Of a stretch of 64,000 bases of DNA, positions 9,318-18,950 are shown in pieces. The position numbers and the translations under genes were made by a program. Where the stretch lies: positions 1,476-65,475 of the forward strand of contig JBGAPH010000012.1 in assembly GCA_044221365.1 (NCBI GenBank), given 5' to 3'. Every line of letters starts with the position of its first letter. Positions within the stretch are counted from its first letter, which is position 1. This DNA comes from Pirellulales bacterium (lineage in GTDB: Bacteria; Planctomycetota; Planctomycetia; Pirellulales; JBGAPH01). The notes beneath the pieces are model-generated. The model was given only the letters and a program-made list of their open reading frames with translations. It ran no database searches and was not told where the DNA came from.

Positions 9318-10736
9318 TCACGCCAGCAACTCTCGAATCGGCCGCCCCGTGCAAATGAAATGCGGCCGGCTCGTGGTGTCGTGCAGCACCAGATCGGGCG
9401 GTACGCCGAGCAGGTGGTAGACGGTGGCCACCAGATCGGCCGGAGCCGTGGGATTCGACGCTGGGTAGGCGCCGAAGCGGTCGGAGCTGCCATGGACCAT
9501 GCCGCCGCGCACGCCGCCGCCGGCCAGCACGCTGGTGAAGCAGCCAGGCCAATGGTCGCGGCCGTCGGCGCCAGCGCCAGCGTCGCTGTTTCGCTGGCCG
9601 ACGCGGGGCGTGCGGCCGAACTCGCCGGTCCACACCACGAGCGTCTCATCGAGCATGCCGCGCTCGCTCAGGTCATCGAGCAATGCCGAGAACGCCTGAT
9701 CCGCGGGCGGCATCAGCCGCTCCTTGAGGTCGACGAAGTTGCGGCTATGCGTGTCCCAGTAGACGCTCACGTTCTTGATCCCGTCGTTCTGCCAGAACAC
9801 GGTCACGAGCGGCACCCCGCGCTCCACCAGCCGGCGGGCCTGCAACGCGGCCTGGCCGTGAGGGTGCAATCCGTAGCGTTCGCGGATGGCCGGCGGCTCT
9901 TCATCGAGGCGAAAGGCGCTGCGCCCGGCGGCCGAGTCGATCAGGTCGAAGGCCCGCTCGTAGTGCCGGCCGAAGCTGGCCGCCAGCGGATCGCCGAGCA
10001 CGGCGCTGCGCCCTTCGAGCGAGCCCAAGAGCGCTCGCCGGTCGACCCGGCGACCGGGGTCGAGCTCTTCCGGCGGCACGAACTCCCCCACGCGGTAGTC
10101 GGCGCGGCTCGGATCGTGGTCGATCACGAGCGGGTCCCAGGCGGGGCCTAGCCAGCCGGCGTGCTGCCCATGGCTGTCTTCCACGAATCGGGGCACGTCT
10201 CCCGGCATCTTGGGCCGCATGTTCACGAACGGAGGCAGCGGCCCCTGGCCGCGTCCCAGCCGCGAGAGCACGGCGCCCAGGTGGGGCATGTCGTTGCGGC
10301 GGTCGGCCGTGCCGACGCGCGGCGGCTGCCCGGTGAGCAGGAAGCTGGTGGCCGGCGTGTGGTCGACGTTCGTGTGCGTCATCGACCGCACGAGGCACAG
10401 CTTGTCGGCCCGCTCGGCCAGCTTGGGAAAGTGCTCGCAAATCTGAATGCCTGGCACGTTGGTGGCGATCGGCTTGAATTCGCCGCGGAAGTCGGCCGGC
10501 GCCTCGGTCTTGAGGTCCCAGGTGTCTTGGTGCGCAGGTCCGCCCCACATGAAGAGCAGAATGCAGGCCTTGGCCCGGCCAAACGGACTTCGCCCAGCGG
10601 CCATTTCTTCGGCAATGCTGCGGCCGGCCAGCAAACCTGGCAGCCCCAGGCCAAACAGCCCGATGCTGCCCGCCTGCAGGGCCTGGCGGCGCGAGAGGCG
10701 GTTGTCTGCGCAGCGAAGAGCCGGGCGCGAAGGCAT
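9318..10736 (-). CDS. DUF1501 domain protein (sulfatase-like fold, Tat-type signal SRRQALQAG), C-terminus ...PIRELLA
   Basis: Conserved DUF1501 blocks (HW...FGR...GRDHW). The track ORF extends to 11105 but overlaps the symporter; the ATG at 10736 precedes the Tat motif. Confidence 0.8.
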   Translation of the reverse strand: MPSRPALRCADNRLSRRQALQAGSIGLFGLGLPGLLAGRSIAEEMAAGRSPFGRAKACILLFMWGGPAHQDTWDLKTEAPADFRGEFKPIATNVPGIQICEHFPKLAERADKLCLVRSMTHTNVDHTPATSFLLTGQPPRVGTADRRNDMPHLGAVLSRLGRGQGPLPPFVNMRPKMPGDVPRFVEDSHGQHAGWLGPAWDPLVIDHDPSRADYRVGEFVPPEELDPGRRVDRRALLGSLEGRSAVLGDPLAASFGRHYERAFDLIDSAAGRSAFRLDEEPPAIRERYGLHPHGQAALQARRLVERGVPLVTVFWQNDGIKNVSVYWDTHSRNFVDLKERLMPPADQAFSALLDDLSERGMLDETLVVWTGEFGRTPRVGQRNSDAGAGADGRDHWPGCFTSVLAGGGVRGGMVHGSSDRFGAYPASNPTAPADLVATVYHLLGVPPDLVLHDTTSRPHFICTGRPIRELLA

Positions 10737-10998
10737 GCAGGGATTCACGGAGGTCAGGCGGGATGAACGACGGCGGGGTGGCCCAGGCGGGGCCTCACCT
10801 CCCATCTTCGGCGGCTGCCGTCGACGTGTCAACGTAGCCTGCTCTCTCCGAGAGCAGTATGCAGGTGCGGCGTCCACGTCCCCTCGGCGCGCGGCGCTCC
10901 AGCAATCCGCACTCGGAAGAGTGCGGGCTACGGTGCCAGGGCCCACGGGGCATGGTACAACCGAGGAACTCAACCCACCACTTATCCACTGCACCGCC

Positions 10999-12474
10999 AT
11001 GAGCCTGTCGGTCCTCGACCTGGCGATCGTTGTCGCGTACCTGTTCGTCGTGACAGGCGTGGGGGCGTTCTTTGCCCGGCGAGGGGAATCGTCCGAGCGG
11101 TTCATGGCCGCCGGCCGTTCGCTGCCGGGCTGGGCGATCGGGCTGTCGATCTTCGGCTCCTACATCAGCTCGATCAGCTTCGTGGCCAACCCCGGCTCCG
11201 CCTACAAGGCGAACTGGAACGGCTTCGTCTTCTCGCTGGCCACGATTCCGGCGGCCTTGATCGCCGTATGGTGGTTCGTGCCTTTCTATCGCCGGCGGGG
11301 CAATGTTTCGGCCTATGAACATTTCGAGCAGCGGTTCGGCCCTTGGGCACGGACGTACGCCGTGGTTTGCTTTCTGCTCACGCAGATCGCCCGCACTGGC
11401 ACGATCCTCTACCTGCTCTCGTTGACGCTCGCGCCGCTCGTGAACCTGCACGTGGGGTGGGTGATCGTGATCATCGGCTGCGTGATGACGATCTACCCCA
11501 TGCTCGGCGGCGCCGAGGCTGCCGTGTGGTCGGGCGTGGCGCAGAGCGCCGTGCTGATCGGCGGCGTGCTGGCCTGCTTGGCGCTGCTCGTGTGGCAGAT
11601 GCCGGGGGGCTGGACGCACGTGGCCGAAGTCACCACGGCCAAAGACGGCTGGAGCCTGGGCAGCTTCGGCGGCCAACTCAACATCGACACATTTTGGGTG
11701 GTGTTGGCCTACGGCTTGGTGATGAACCTGCAGAACTTTGGGGTCGACCAGAGCTACGTGCAGCGCTACATCACGGCCAGCGACGACCGCGCGGCCAAGC
11801 ACAGCGTGCTGTTGGGGGCCGTGCTGTACGTTCCGCTCGCGGCGGTGTTCTTTTTGATCGGCACGCTCCTCTACGCCTTCTATCAAGCTCAGCCGGACAA
11901 GCTGGCGGCGGCCGGCGCGATCGGACCCGACAAGGTCTTCCCTTGGTTCATCCGCACGGAACTCCCCGGCGGCTTGCGCGGTTTGCTGGTGGCGTCGCTG
12001 TGCGCGGCGGCGATGGACTCCACGGTGAGCTACTGCGCCACGCTCTTTCTCTGCGACGTCTATCGCCGCTACCTGCGGCCGGCGGCCGCCGAACGCGAGG
12101 CGATCGTGGTGCTGCGGACCTCGACCATCGTGTTCGGCCTGCTCGGCATCGCCGCCGGGCTGGCGATGATCCGCGTGGAAGAGGCGCTGCAGGAATGGTG
12201 GCGCTGGGCCGGCATCTTCAGCGGCGGAGTGCTGGGGTTGTTCGTGCTGGGCTGCACGAAGCGCGTCAGCTCGAGAGGGGCGCTCCTGGCAACGGCTTGC
12301 GGCCTGGGAGTGATCGCCTGGCTTACACTCGCGCCAAGTTGGCCGGAGCGCTGGCAGCGCTACGCCGGCAACTTTCACCCGCACTTGGCGGCGGTGTTTG
12401 GCACGCTGACGGTGCTCGCGGTGGGCGGGCTAGCGGCGCTGGCGGCGCCACCGCCCGAGGCGCCGCCGGAATGA
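10999..12474 (+). CDS. Sodium:solute symporter family (SSS) transporter
   Basis: ~13 TM helices, conserved SSF N-terminus GRSLPGWAIGLSIFGSYISSISF; ATG at 10999. Confidence 0.8.
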   Translation: MSLSVLDLAIVVAYLFVVTGVGAFFARRGESSERFMAAGRSLPGWAIGLSIFGSYISSISFVANPGSAYKANWNGFVFSLATIPAALIAVWWFVPFYRRRGNVSAYEHFEQRFGPWARTYAVVCFLLTQIARTGTILYLLSLTLAPLVNLHVGWVIVIIGCVMTIYPMLGGAEAAVWSGVAQSAVLIGGVLACLALLVWQMPGGWTHVAEVTTAKDGWSLGSFGGQLNIDTFWVVLAYGLVMNLQNFGVDQSYVQRYITASDDRAAKHSVLLGAVLYVPLAAVFFLIGTLLYAFYQAQPDKLAAAGAIGPDKVFPWFIRTELPGGLRGLLVASLCAAAMDSTVSYCATLFLCDVYRRYLRPAAAEREAIVVLRTSTIVFGLLGIAAGLAMIRVEEALQEWWRWAGIFSGGVLGLFVLGCTKRVSSRGALLATACGLGVIAWLTLAPSWPERWQRYAGNFHPHLAAVFGTLTVLAVGGLAALAAPPPEAPPE

Positions 12475-12515
12475 GCACAGGCAGGAATCCAGTGACACCG
12501 GAGGACAGATGGATG

Positions 12516-12597
12516 TCACGCGTGGCACAGGCTTCTAGCCTGTGCTGTCTCGTCGGCCGTCGTGGACAAGGACTCCAGCCTGTCCGGTTGGTCCGCA
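12516..12597. repeat. REP-like hairpin cluster: GCACAGGCT-TCT-AGCCTGTGC (12516-12536), imperfect GGACAAGGACTCCAGCCTGTCC, and GGTCCGC-ACA-GCGGACC (12581-12597)
   Basis: Perfect inverted repeats read from sequence, between convergent gene ends (symporter + end 12474, kinase - end 12612). Confidence 0.65.
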
Positions 12598-12611
12598 CAG
12601 CGGACCCTACA

Positions 12612-14234
12612 TCAGGCGGCGCGACGGGTTTCGTAGTACCGCGCGAGCGCCCGCACGCGGCGCACCTGGAACGCTACCACGAACCCTAGGATCGCCAACA
12701 CCGCCACGAAGAAATAGCGGTAGTGGGGCTGCGGACCCGGGTCGGCGCGCAGCCCTTCGAGCGATAGATAGGCGCCCAGCGCGAGCGCCGTGGTGAACCA
12801 GACCAGCCGCACCTGCGAGAACAGCCCCGAGGCGGCGATCAGCAGCGGATACCCGGCCAACAGCGGCCCCAGCGGTCCCGGTGCAAGGCAAAGCAGCGTC
12901 GTCAGCAGCACCACGTCGGCGGTCAGCCAGGCATAGGGCGCCCAGGAGTTCACGCCGCTGCGCCCCAGTAGCCAGCGGAACGCCACCGCCGAAGCGGCCC
13001 ACGCCGTGAGCACCCCCAGGTTCGTCAGGTGGTAGCGCAGGTTCTCGCCGCCGGCGATCCAAATGATCTGCACCACCGCCGCTGCCAGAGCCAGCCCACC
13101 CAGCCGCATGGCGAGCGCCGGCTCGCGCCGCGACCAGCGCCGCAGCCGATGCCACCAGCGTGAAGGGCGCGCCTCGATGGCGTCTTGCCTTAGATGGCGT
13201 TCGAGATCGTCGGCGAGCGCTGCGGCCGTCGGATAGCGGTCTGCCGGATTCTTTTCGATCGCCCGCAGGCAAATCCATTCGAGCTCGCGCGGAATCCGCC
13301 GCTCGAGCTGCCGCGGCAAGGTCGGCTCCCCTTCGAGCACCTGCACGAGCGTGTCGAGTGGGCTGGCCTCGCGAAACGGCGGCCGGCCGGTCAGCGTTTC
13401 GTAGAGGATCGCGCCCAGCGAATAGACGTCGCTCCGCTCATCGATCTCGTCGACGTGCCCCGCGGCCTGCTCGGGCGGCATATAGTTCGGCGTGCCGATG
13501 ATCGTGCCAGCCCGCGTGGCAGGCGTTTCACCGCGCGGCAGCTTGGCCAGGCCGAAGTCGCTGACATAAGGGCGTCCGACGGCGTCGAGCAGAATGTTCG
13601 CCGGCTTGAGATCGCGATGGACCAGCCCTTGCGAGTGCAGGTAGTCGACCGCCCGCGCCACGTCGGCCAAGAGCCGCGCGGCCGACTCCGGCTCGAGCGG
13701 TCCAGATCGCAGCCGGTCGGCCAGGCTTTGCCCCTCGATCAGGTCCATGGCGAAGTAGTGCTGCCCGTCGAGCTCGCCGACTTCGAGGATGCCGACGATG
13801 CCGGCGTGCCGCAGCCGCGAGGCCGCGCGGGCTTCCTCGTAGAAGCGGCGCACAGCGTCGGCCGAGGCGAGCTCGGCTGAGAGGATCATCTTCACGGCCA
13901 CCTGCCGGCCGAGATCGCTCTGCCGCGCGCGATAGACTACGCCCATACCGCCGCGGCCCAGCTCGGCGAGGAGTTCGTAGCGGCCGAAACTTCGCGGGAG
14001 GGTAGGGCCGCCATGCATGCCGCTGCTGCCGGACGGGGCGGCTGGCCCGCCGAACGCCGCCAGACGTTCGAGGGCCTGCAAACAGTTCATCAGGCTCGCG
14101 GCCTCGGGCGGGAGCATCCCCGAACCGGCCAAGGCGCCGCGATGCAGGGCGGCAAGCTCTTGGTCGAGTTGCTCGGCCAGGCGCTCCTCGTCGAGCGGAA
14201 GCGTGTTGCGGCCAGAATCAGCTTCAGCCGTCAT
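12612..14234 (-). CDS. Ser/Thr protein kinase with C-terminal multi-TM domain
   Basis: GxGxxG-like LGRGGMGVVY, VAVK, HRDLKPANILL, DFG and APE motifs; hydrophobic C-terminal ~180 aa. Confidence 0.9.
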   Translation of the reverse strand: MTAEADSGRNTLPLDEERLAEQLDQELAALHRGALAGSGMLPPEAASLMNCLQALERLAAFGGPAAPSGSSGMHGGPTLPRSFGRYELLAELGRGGMGVVYRARQSDLGRQVAVKMILSAELASADAVRRFYEEARAASRLRHAGIVGILEVGELDGQHYFAMDLIEGQSLADRLRSGPLEPESAARLLADVARAVDYLHSQGLVHRDLKPANILLDAVGRPYVSDFGLAKLPRGETPATRAGTIIGTPNYMPPEQAAGHVDEIDERSDVYSLGAILYETLTGRPPFREASPLDTLVQVLEGEPTLPRQLERRIPRELEWICLRAIEKNPADRYPTAAALADDLERHLRQDAIEARPSRWWHRLRRWSRREPALAMRLGGLALAAAVVQIIWIAGGENLRYHLTNLGVLTAWAASAVAFRWLLGRSGVNSWAPYAWLTADVVLLTTLLCLAPGPLGPLLAGYPLLIAASGLFSQVRLVWFTTALALGAYLSLEGLRADPGPQPHYRYFFVAVLAILGFVVAFQVRRVRALARYYETRRAA

Positions 14235-14838
14235 GCACTGGCTCCAGCGCCGTGGCCAAACTGCGCAGCGCCCGCATCCACAGCATCTGCACCGCGGGGC
14301 GCGAGCGGTTCATGCGGCGGGCCACTTCGTCGAACGGCAGCCGCTGCAGGTTGCGAAGCTGGATGACTTCTTGATAGTCGGCCGGCAGGCGGGTGAGGGC
14401 GTCGGCGACCAAGATCTCTTGCTCGCGCGCCATCACCAGTTGGCTCGGCGTGCCCAGCGAATCGGCCGGCTCGTGGATGAAGGTCGATTGCCCGGGCGGA
14501 GCGGCGGCCAGCGGCGTCTCGCGGTAGGCGGCTCGCTTGGCCGTGCCGCCGAATTGCCGCACGTAGTCGGTGGCGTTGTGCACGAGCAGCTTCCGCAGCC
14601 AGCCGAGCCACTCACCGGTCGTCTGCCCACGAAAGTCGCGAAAGCCCTGATAGGCCTCGAGCATCGTCACCTGCACGAGGTCGGAAGGGTCGACCTTGGC
14701 CTGCAGCCAGCTTTCGACCTGGGCGCGAGCGACCACGGCCATGTAGTTGCGGCATTTCTCGAACAGCTCGTCGCGCGCGCCATCATCTCCCGCGCGGGCG
14801 CGCTGCAAGAGCTGAACGAGGATCGAATCGTCGGCCAC
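14224..14838 (-). CDS. ECF-type sigma-70 family RNA polymerase sigma factor (GTG start), 3' end overlapping the kinase start by 11 nt
   Basis: Sigma region 2 (ELFEKCRNYMAVVARAQ..DLVQVTMLEAY) and region 4 (DYQEVIQLRNLQRLPFDEVARRMNRSRPAVQMLWMRALRSL). Confidence 0.8.
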   Translation of the reverse strand: MADDSILVQLLQRARAGDDGARDELFEKCRNYMAVVARAQVESWLQAKVDPSDLVQVTMLEAYQGFRDFRGQTTGEWLGWLRKLLVHNATDYVRQFGGTAKRAAYRETPLAAAPPGQSTFIHEPADSLGTPSQLVMAREQEILVADALTRLPADYQEVIQLRNLQRLPFDEVARRMNRSRPAVQMLWMRALRSLATALEPVHDG

Positions 14839-14991
14839 GGCGACGGCTCACAAGGCAAGCGAAAGGCGCAGAACGCTCCGCGCCATCGCTGCAAGTGTAC
14901 CACCGGACGGGGCGCGAAGCCTAAACCGCTTCGATGGCCTGCTTGACCGGCTAAGTCGATCGGACCGAATCTGCGATCCGCGGAGGCAGCG

Positions 14992-15978
14992 CTACTGCGG
15001 CATCGAAACGGCCACGCCGTCCTCCCGGTTGCCCATCGCCCGCCAGACGATCTGGTCGATCGTGTAGGGGAACGTCCGCACCGAGCCATCGCACATCACG
15101 CCGATGAGCCCCGAAGCGTGAGCGCTGCCGAAGTCGACGTTGTTGTCGACGCCTGGGCGGTCGGGCTTCGGCTGGTTGAAGGTCACGCGGAAGCTGTCGT
15201 TGTTGCAGCCGGTGTACATGCCTTCGTTGTCGCCGCCGTCCATGCCATCTTCGTAGTGGTCGGAGTTGAGGTACTTCTCCGAGGCATACAGCGTGTTGCT
15301 CGTGCCGTCGGTGATGTCGCCGAACTTGATCGTGCTCAGGGCGAAGCCGATGCCGGTCCCCTTACCCGGGTTGCCGGGGTCGTAGGTGGGCTTGATCCCT
15401 TCGGCCAACGTGCCGGGGCCTTGGCCGTGGTCGTTGGTGGTGTTGTCGCCGTAGTTGATCGCGTAGCAGGTGCGGGCCGACTTGCCCTGGCCCGGCGGCG
15501 TGTTGTCTGCATTGAGCGCGGTAAATGTTTCTGGCGGCCAGACCTTGGCGTACAGTCGCGGCTGACGCCGGGTGGGGCAGTTCATCGAGGTGATCGGCGT
15601 GAGCGTGAGCTGCAACAGGGCGGCCCGCTTCTGCGTGCCGGTCAGGCCCTTGCCCAGGTCATGCACCACCTGCTGCTCGAGGTAGGGGAGCGAATTGTAG
15701 ATCCAGCCGCCGGGCTGGGTGCGGCCGAAGCCCTGATCGGGATCGCCCACCCATCCCCAGCCCCAACCGCCGGCCGGCAGATGCTTTTGAGCGTCGCTGT
15801 GGGTATGGGCCGCCAGGCCGAGCTGCTTCAGGTTATTGGTGCACTGCGTCCGCCGGGCCGCCTCGCGCGCCGACTGCACGGCCGGCAGCAAGAGCGCGAT
15901 CAGGATGCCGATGATGGCGATCACAACCAACAACTCGACGAGGGTGAACGCCGAGCGGGGACGAGCAGCGGAGGCCAT
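14992..15978 (-). CDS. DUF1559 'H-X9-DG' protein with prepilin-type N-terminal cleavage/methylation domain (pseudopilin-like)
   Basis: [44 protein letters not shown]; ATG at 15976-15978 (the track ORF has an unlikely 43-aa extension). Confidence 0.85.
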   Translation of the reverse strand: MASAARPRSAFTLVELLVVIAIIGILIALLLPAVQSAREAARRTQCTNNLKQLGLAAHTHSDAQKHLPAGGWGWGWVGDPDQGFGRTQPGGWIYNSLPYLEQQVVHDLGKGLTGTQKRAALLQLTLTPITSMNCPTRRQPRLYAKVWPPETFTALNADNTPPGQGKSARTCYAINYGDNTTNDHGQGPGTLAEGIKPTYDPGNPGKGTGIGFALSTIKFGDITDGTSNTLYASEKYLNSDHYEDGMDGGDNEGMYTGCNNDSFRVTFNQPKPDRPGVDNNVDFGSAHASGLIGVMCDGSVRTFPYTIDQIVWRAMGNREDGVAVSMPQ

Positions 15979-16300
15979 GACTTTGTTCCGGAAACGAACG
16001 GGGTGGGATAGCAGCGGCCCAAGAGTGAGCCCGGGCAATCTGGGCAGGAGCCGAGAAAAGTTAGTATGCCAATCATTTAGATTGCATGTCAAATATCGTG
16101 ACGCCAAGTTTGTGCTCGCGAATGCAGTGCATACGAATCGATGTTAGGAATGCCGCACACGGCACCATGCACGCGCGACCCAAAATACCCAAACCACCCA
16201 ATCCAGCATGCCGGGCCGCCGTTGCTCCGGTCGTTAGCAGTCTCTATGATCCTCCGCCCGCGCGCTGCCGCGGGCTGAATCCCCTCATGGAGGCCGCGCA

Positions 16301-17500
16301 ATGCGTTGGACCAACTGGCTCCCCTTGCTCCTCGGCGCGCTCGCCGCCGGCTGCGGCCAGATCGACCTGCCGACTGCCGAGGCTTTGGCCGAGGAACTCG
16401 ACGCCCGGCCAACTCAGCAGGCTTCCGCACTTCCGCCTACGACGAGGTCTGCGGAAGCCAATTCGGCCGCGCAACTCCCGAAGCCGCTGCGGCTCCCGCG
16501 GGCCAGCGCTATTGCGAACACAGAAGCTGAGGCCGAAGCACGCCGCCTGCCGCCCCTCGTCGTGGAGACGCCGCGCGCCCCCGGCGAGCCGCTCGATCTG
16601 GCATTCGTTTCGTCGGACTTCGTGGCCGCCGTCTCCCTGCGGCCCCAAGCGCTGCTCGCCGCGCCCCTCGTGGCCGAGTTCCTGCCAGCCGAACGAATTG
16701 CCGCCTGGGCTGGCGCCTTCGCCGTCGACCCCCGCGAGGTGGAGCACGCTTTGATCCTGGCCGGCACGCCCCACGCCAAAACCGGTCCCGCGGTCGGGAT
16801 GGTGCTTCGCAGCCGACGCCCCCTCGACCGGGCGAAGATCGTCGGCACGCTCGCGCCGGAAAACGTCGAGGTGCTCCATGGCGACAAAGCCTATCTGCAA
16901 AATCAGGACTTCCGGGGACAGAGCCTCTATTTCGCCGACGACCGCACGCTCGTCGTCGGGCAGCAGGTGCAGCTCGAGCGGATGCTGCGGGCAGGCGACG
17001 ACCCCAGCCCGCTCATCGACCGGCTCCGGCAGGTCGACGCCCGCGCGCCGCTGGTGGCGTTGTTGGCGTTCGATCCGATTCGTGAGCTAGTGCAGGAAGA
17101 GCTGGCGCGATCGCCGGCGCTGCCGCCGCCGTTTGATCAGTTCGACGCGCTGGCGGAACACCTGGCCACCGTGAAGTTCGAAGCCAATCCCCGCGGCGCT
17201 CCGCTGGCCACGTTGTCGCTCGAGGGGCGCGACGCCCAAGCGACCGCTCAACTTGCGACCCTGGCCCGCACCGGCGCCGCGTTTTTCCGCGGTTGGTTGA
17301 TGCGCAGCGCAGCTCAACTCGGAACCGTGCCGGACTTCACCCGAGTGGAACTTGCGGACCGGGAAGTGCGGCTCGCGATTGGGCTGGATCCGGCCGACTC
17401 GCGCGAGCTCGTGGCGCGACTGATGCTGGCGTTCACGGGGCGAACGCGGCTGCCGCAAGCGGGGCCACTGCAGCGACGCACGCCGACCGCCGCGCGCTAG
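16301..17500 (+). CDS. Hypothetical lipoprotein (lipobox LAAGC)
   Basis: Signal peptide plus lipobox; no recognisable domain. Confidence 0.55.
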   Translation: MRWTNWLPLLLGALAAGCGQIDLPTAEALAEELDARPTQQASALPPTTRSAEANSAAQLPKPLRLPRASAIANTEAEAEARRLPPLVVETPRAPGEPLDLAFVSSDFVAAVSLRPQALLAAPLVAEFLPAERIAAWAGAFAVDPREVEHALILAGTPHAKTGPAVGMVLRSRRPLDRAKIVGTLAPENVEVLHGDKAYLQNQDFRGQSLYFADDRTLVVGQQVQLERMLRAGDDPSPLIDRLRQVDARAPLVALLAFDPIRELVQEELARSPALPPPFDQFDALAEHLATVKFEANPRGAPLATLSLEGRDAQATAQLATLARTGAAFFRGWLMRSAAQLGTVPDFTRVELADREVRLAIGLDPADSRELVARLMLAFTGRTRLPQAGPLQRRTPTAAR

Positions 17501-17529
17501 ATGCTTTGTCACAGCTTGTTTCGGGTCTG
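17497..17529. repeat. REP-like unit CTAGATGCTTTGTCACAGCTTGTTTCGGGTCTG (CTAG family) overlapping the stop codon of 16301..17500
   Basis: Aligns with the units at 113-149 and 8992-9027. Confidence 0.55.
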
Positions 17530-17695
17530 TATGACCGAGGAGCAAGCGGACAAGCGAGCCGCCGGCTTCCTGCCGGCGGGCCCCGGTGGAGAACTCGTTC
17601 AGGATGGAAGCGGCGATCACGCCAACGTGCCGCGGGAACGGTTAGCGAATCGATCACGACTCGCGGTACGTGAACGCCAACTCCCTCGTCGCGCG

Positions 17696-17722
17696 GAACG
17701 GCGGGGGCGAACCCCGCCGTTC
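17696..17722. terminator. Stable hairpin GAACGGCGGGG-GCGAA-CCCCGCCGTTC (11-bp perfect stem) between convergent genes; candidate terminator without a U-tract
   Basis: Perfect inverted repeat 34 nt past the aminotransferase stop (minus strand) and ~200 nt past the lipoprotein stop. Confidence 0.35.
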
Positions 17723-17755
17723 GCCATCCCGAACTCCTACTCTCGTGACACAGCG

Positions 17756-18943
17756 TTAGCCGCCGGCGGACGCCACGATCGCAGCGACCGCGACGCCGAT
17801 CTCCTCGGGCGTCGTGAAGGGCCCGCAGCTCAGCCGGAGGGCGCCGCCGCTGGCCAGTGTGCCGAGCGCGTCGTGGGCCAGCGGTGCACAGTGCAGGCCC
17901 GCGCGGGTTTGTACGCCGTAAACCGCGTCGAGCACCGCCGCCAGTTCTTGAGGATCGTAGCCGCGGACGTTCAAGCTCAGTACGCCGACCGCGGCGGGCG
18001 TTGGCGCGTGTTCTGCGTGATTGACTCCAGCACCGTAGAGAGCGACGCCGTCGAGTTCGGCCAGACCCGCGACGACCTGAGTGCGGAGCGCGGCCTCGTG
18101 CTCCGCGATCGAGGCGAGCCCGCGTTCCTCGAGCCAGGCGAGCGCCGCATTCAACCCAGCGAGTCCCGGAAGATTGTGGTTGCCGGGCTCATAGCGGTCG
18201 GGCAAGTGGTCGGGCTGGTGGAGCAGTTCGCTCTGAGAGCCGGTCCCTCCTTGCCGCGTGGGGCGCAGACGGGCCTCGACGCCGGAACGAACGTAGAGCA
18301 ACCCGGTTCCCAGCGGGCCGAGCAGACCCTTATGTCCCGGCGCGGCCAGTAGGTCGGCGTGCAACGCGTCGACCGTGAACGGAAAGTGGCCCAATGTTTG
18401 GGCGGCGTCGACGAGCAGAAGCGCCCCGCGCTCGCGGGCGAGCCGGCCGATTTCGGCGACCGGTTGCACGAGCCCGGTGACATTCGAGGCGTGGGTGATG
18501 GCGACGAGTGCGGTGTTCTTGCGAAACGCGTGGCGAACGTCGTCGGGGTCGATGCGGCCACTGGGCCCGCAGGCGACGCGCGTGACCGACACCTGGCCCT
18601 CGGTGGACAAATGCTCGAGCGGCCGAAGGACGGAGTTGTGCTCGAGCACGCTGGTCACCACATGGTCGCCCGGCCGCAGAACGCCACGCAGCGCCAGGTT
18701 CAGCCCGTCGGTGCCGCTCGAGGTGAAGATCACCCGGCGAGGCTCCTCAGCCCCAAGCAGCCGCGCCCCCCGCCGCCGCGCCTCGGCCACGATGCGGGCC
18801 GCCTCGAGCGATTCGGCATAGGCGCCCCGCCCCGCCGCGGCCCCGATCTCGCGCTGGTAACGATCGACCGCCTGATACACCGCTTCCGGCTTGGGCCAGC
18901 TCGTGGCGGCGTTGTCGAGATAGATGCGGGCAGGGCGATCCAT
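17756..18943 (-). CDS. Class V aminotransferase / cysteine desulfurase family protein (PLP-dependent)
   Basis: Fold-type I features; PLP-lysine region APGHKGLLGPLGTGLLYV. Confidence 0.75.
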   Translation of the reverse strand: MDRPARIYLDNAATSWPKPEAVYQAVDRYQREIGAAAGRGAYAESLEAARIVAEARRRGARLLGAEEPRRVIFTSSGTDGLNLALRGVLRPGDHVVTSVLEHNSVLRPLEHLSTEGQVSVTRVACGPSGRIDPDDVRHAFRKNTALVAITHASNVTGLVQPVAEIGRLARERGALLLVDAAQTLGHFPFTVDALHADLLAAPGHKGLLGPLGTGLLYVRSGVEARLRPTRQGGTGSQSELLHQPDHLPDRYEPGNHNLPGLAGLNAALAWLEERGLASIAEHEAALRTQVVAGLAELDGVALYGAGVNHAEHAPTPAAVGVLSLNVRGYDPQELAAVLDAVYGVQTRAGLHCAPLAHDALGTLASGGALRLSCGPFTTPEEIGVAVAAIVASAGG

Positions 18944-18950
18944 GAGCGGG

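Noticed and set aside
9022-9420. 132-aa ORF spanning the inverted-repeat element
   Set aside because: It lies inside the palindromic repeat cluster and overlaps the DUF1501 gene end. It has no domain or start context, so it is more likely a repeat than a gene.
16108-16300. AT-richer divergent intergenic region as a defined bidirectional promoter
   Set aside because: Candidate -35/-10 hexamers have poor spacing (20 bp). It is noted only as a likely promoter region, not a specific site.
17737-17754. Right-end inverted copy of the CTAG repeat unit, making 17497-17754 a 260-bp IR-bounded element
   Set aside because: Similarity to the left end is only ~60%, which is insufficient to claim terminal inverted repeats.
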